DNA of 17,372 nucleotides from Candidatus Tenderia sp. (GTDB lineage Bacteria; Pseudomonadota; Gammaproteobacteria; Tenderiales; Tenderiaceae): assembly GCA_031416075.1 (NCBI GenBank), contig JANOSY010000034.1:1-17372 (forward strand), given 5' to 3'. Shown here piece by piece: positions 17,238 to 17,372 of the stretch. Position 1 is the stretch's first letter, and each line of letters starts with the position of its first letter. The notes beneath the pieces were generated by a model, which worked only from the letters and a program-made list of their open reading frames with translations, did no database searches and was not told where the DNA came from. Made by a program: the position numbers and the translations under genes.

Positions 17238-17372
17238 TGTACTGTAACAAATAATATACTCATACCAAGGCAGCCTTAGCACGCCCGATTTTCTCTAAAA
17301 TCGCTTCAGTTGTTTTTGTCCACACAAAGGGTTTTGGATCGGTATTGTGGACCTCAATGAATTCCATAATCT
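17235..17372 (-). mobile_element. Right end of an IS630-family insertion sequence, truncated by the window edge
   Basis: A transposase tail on the minus strand is followed ~25 bp later by ...GTACAC-TA(G). A TA target within CTAG (17234-17237) is typical of IS630. Confidence 0.8.
17260..17370 (-). CDS. IS630-family transposase, C-terminal fragment
   Basis: Not in the ORF track. The minus strand reads IMEFIEVHNTDPKPFVWTKTTEAILEKIGRAKAALV*, and HN-x-x-PKPFVWTK...IL is a characteristic IS630 C-terminus. Confidence 0.85.
   Translation of the reverse strand: MMEFIEVHNTDPKPFVWTKTTEAILEKIGRAKAALV

Overview
Gammaproteobacterial-type chromosomal segment. Each end is the 3' end of an insertion sequence that the ORF track missed: an IS3-family element at 1-140 and an IS630-family element from about 17235 to the end, abutting the xerC stop codon. 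The window is therefore probably a contig broken at repeats. Most genes are housekeeping or common: GIDE-domain/LemA pair, gamma-carbonic anhydrase family, Bcr/CflA MFS pump, tRNA-Val(TAC), PhnA-domain protein, SDR with a frameshifted AraC regulator, aroE, hemB, adk, PPi-type pfk, ppa, CDF metal exporter and dapF-yigA-xerC. Two things stand out. First, a solitary integron-like gene cassette (420-1285) has a 63-bp attC-like hairpin and 12-bp inverted ends. It carries a stand-alone TIR-like (CAP12/Pycsar-effector-type) gene, with no integrase or cyclase in the window, and is a candidate one-gene anti-phage module. Second, the adenylate kinase has a four-Cys LID and is fused to a ~170-aa histone-H1-like Lys/Ala/Pro tail. 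All family calls come from reading motifs by eye; no searches were run.
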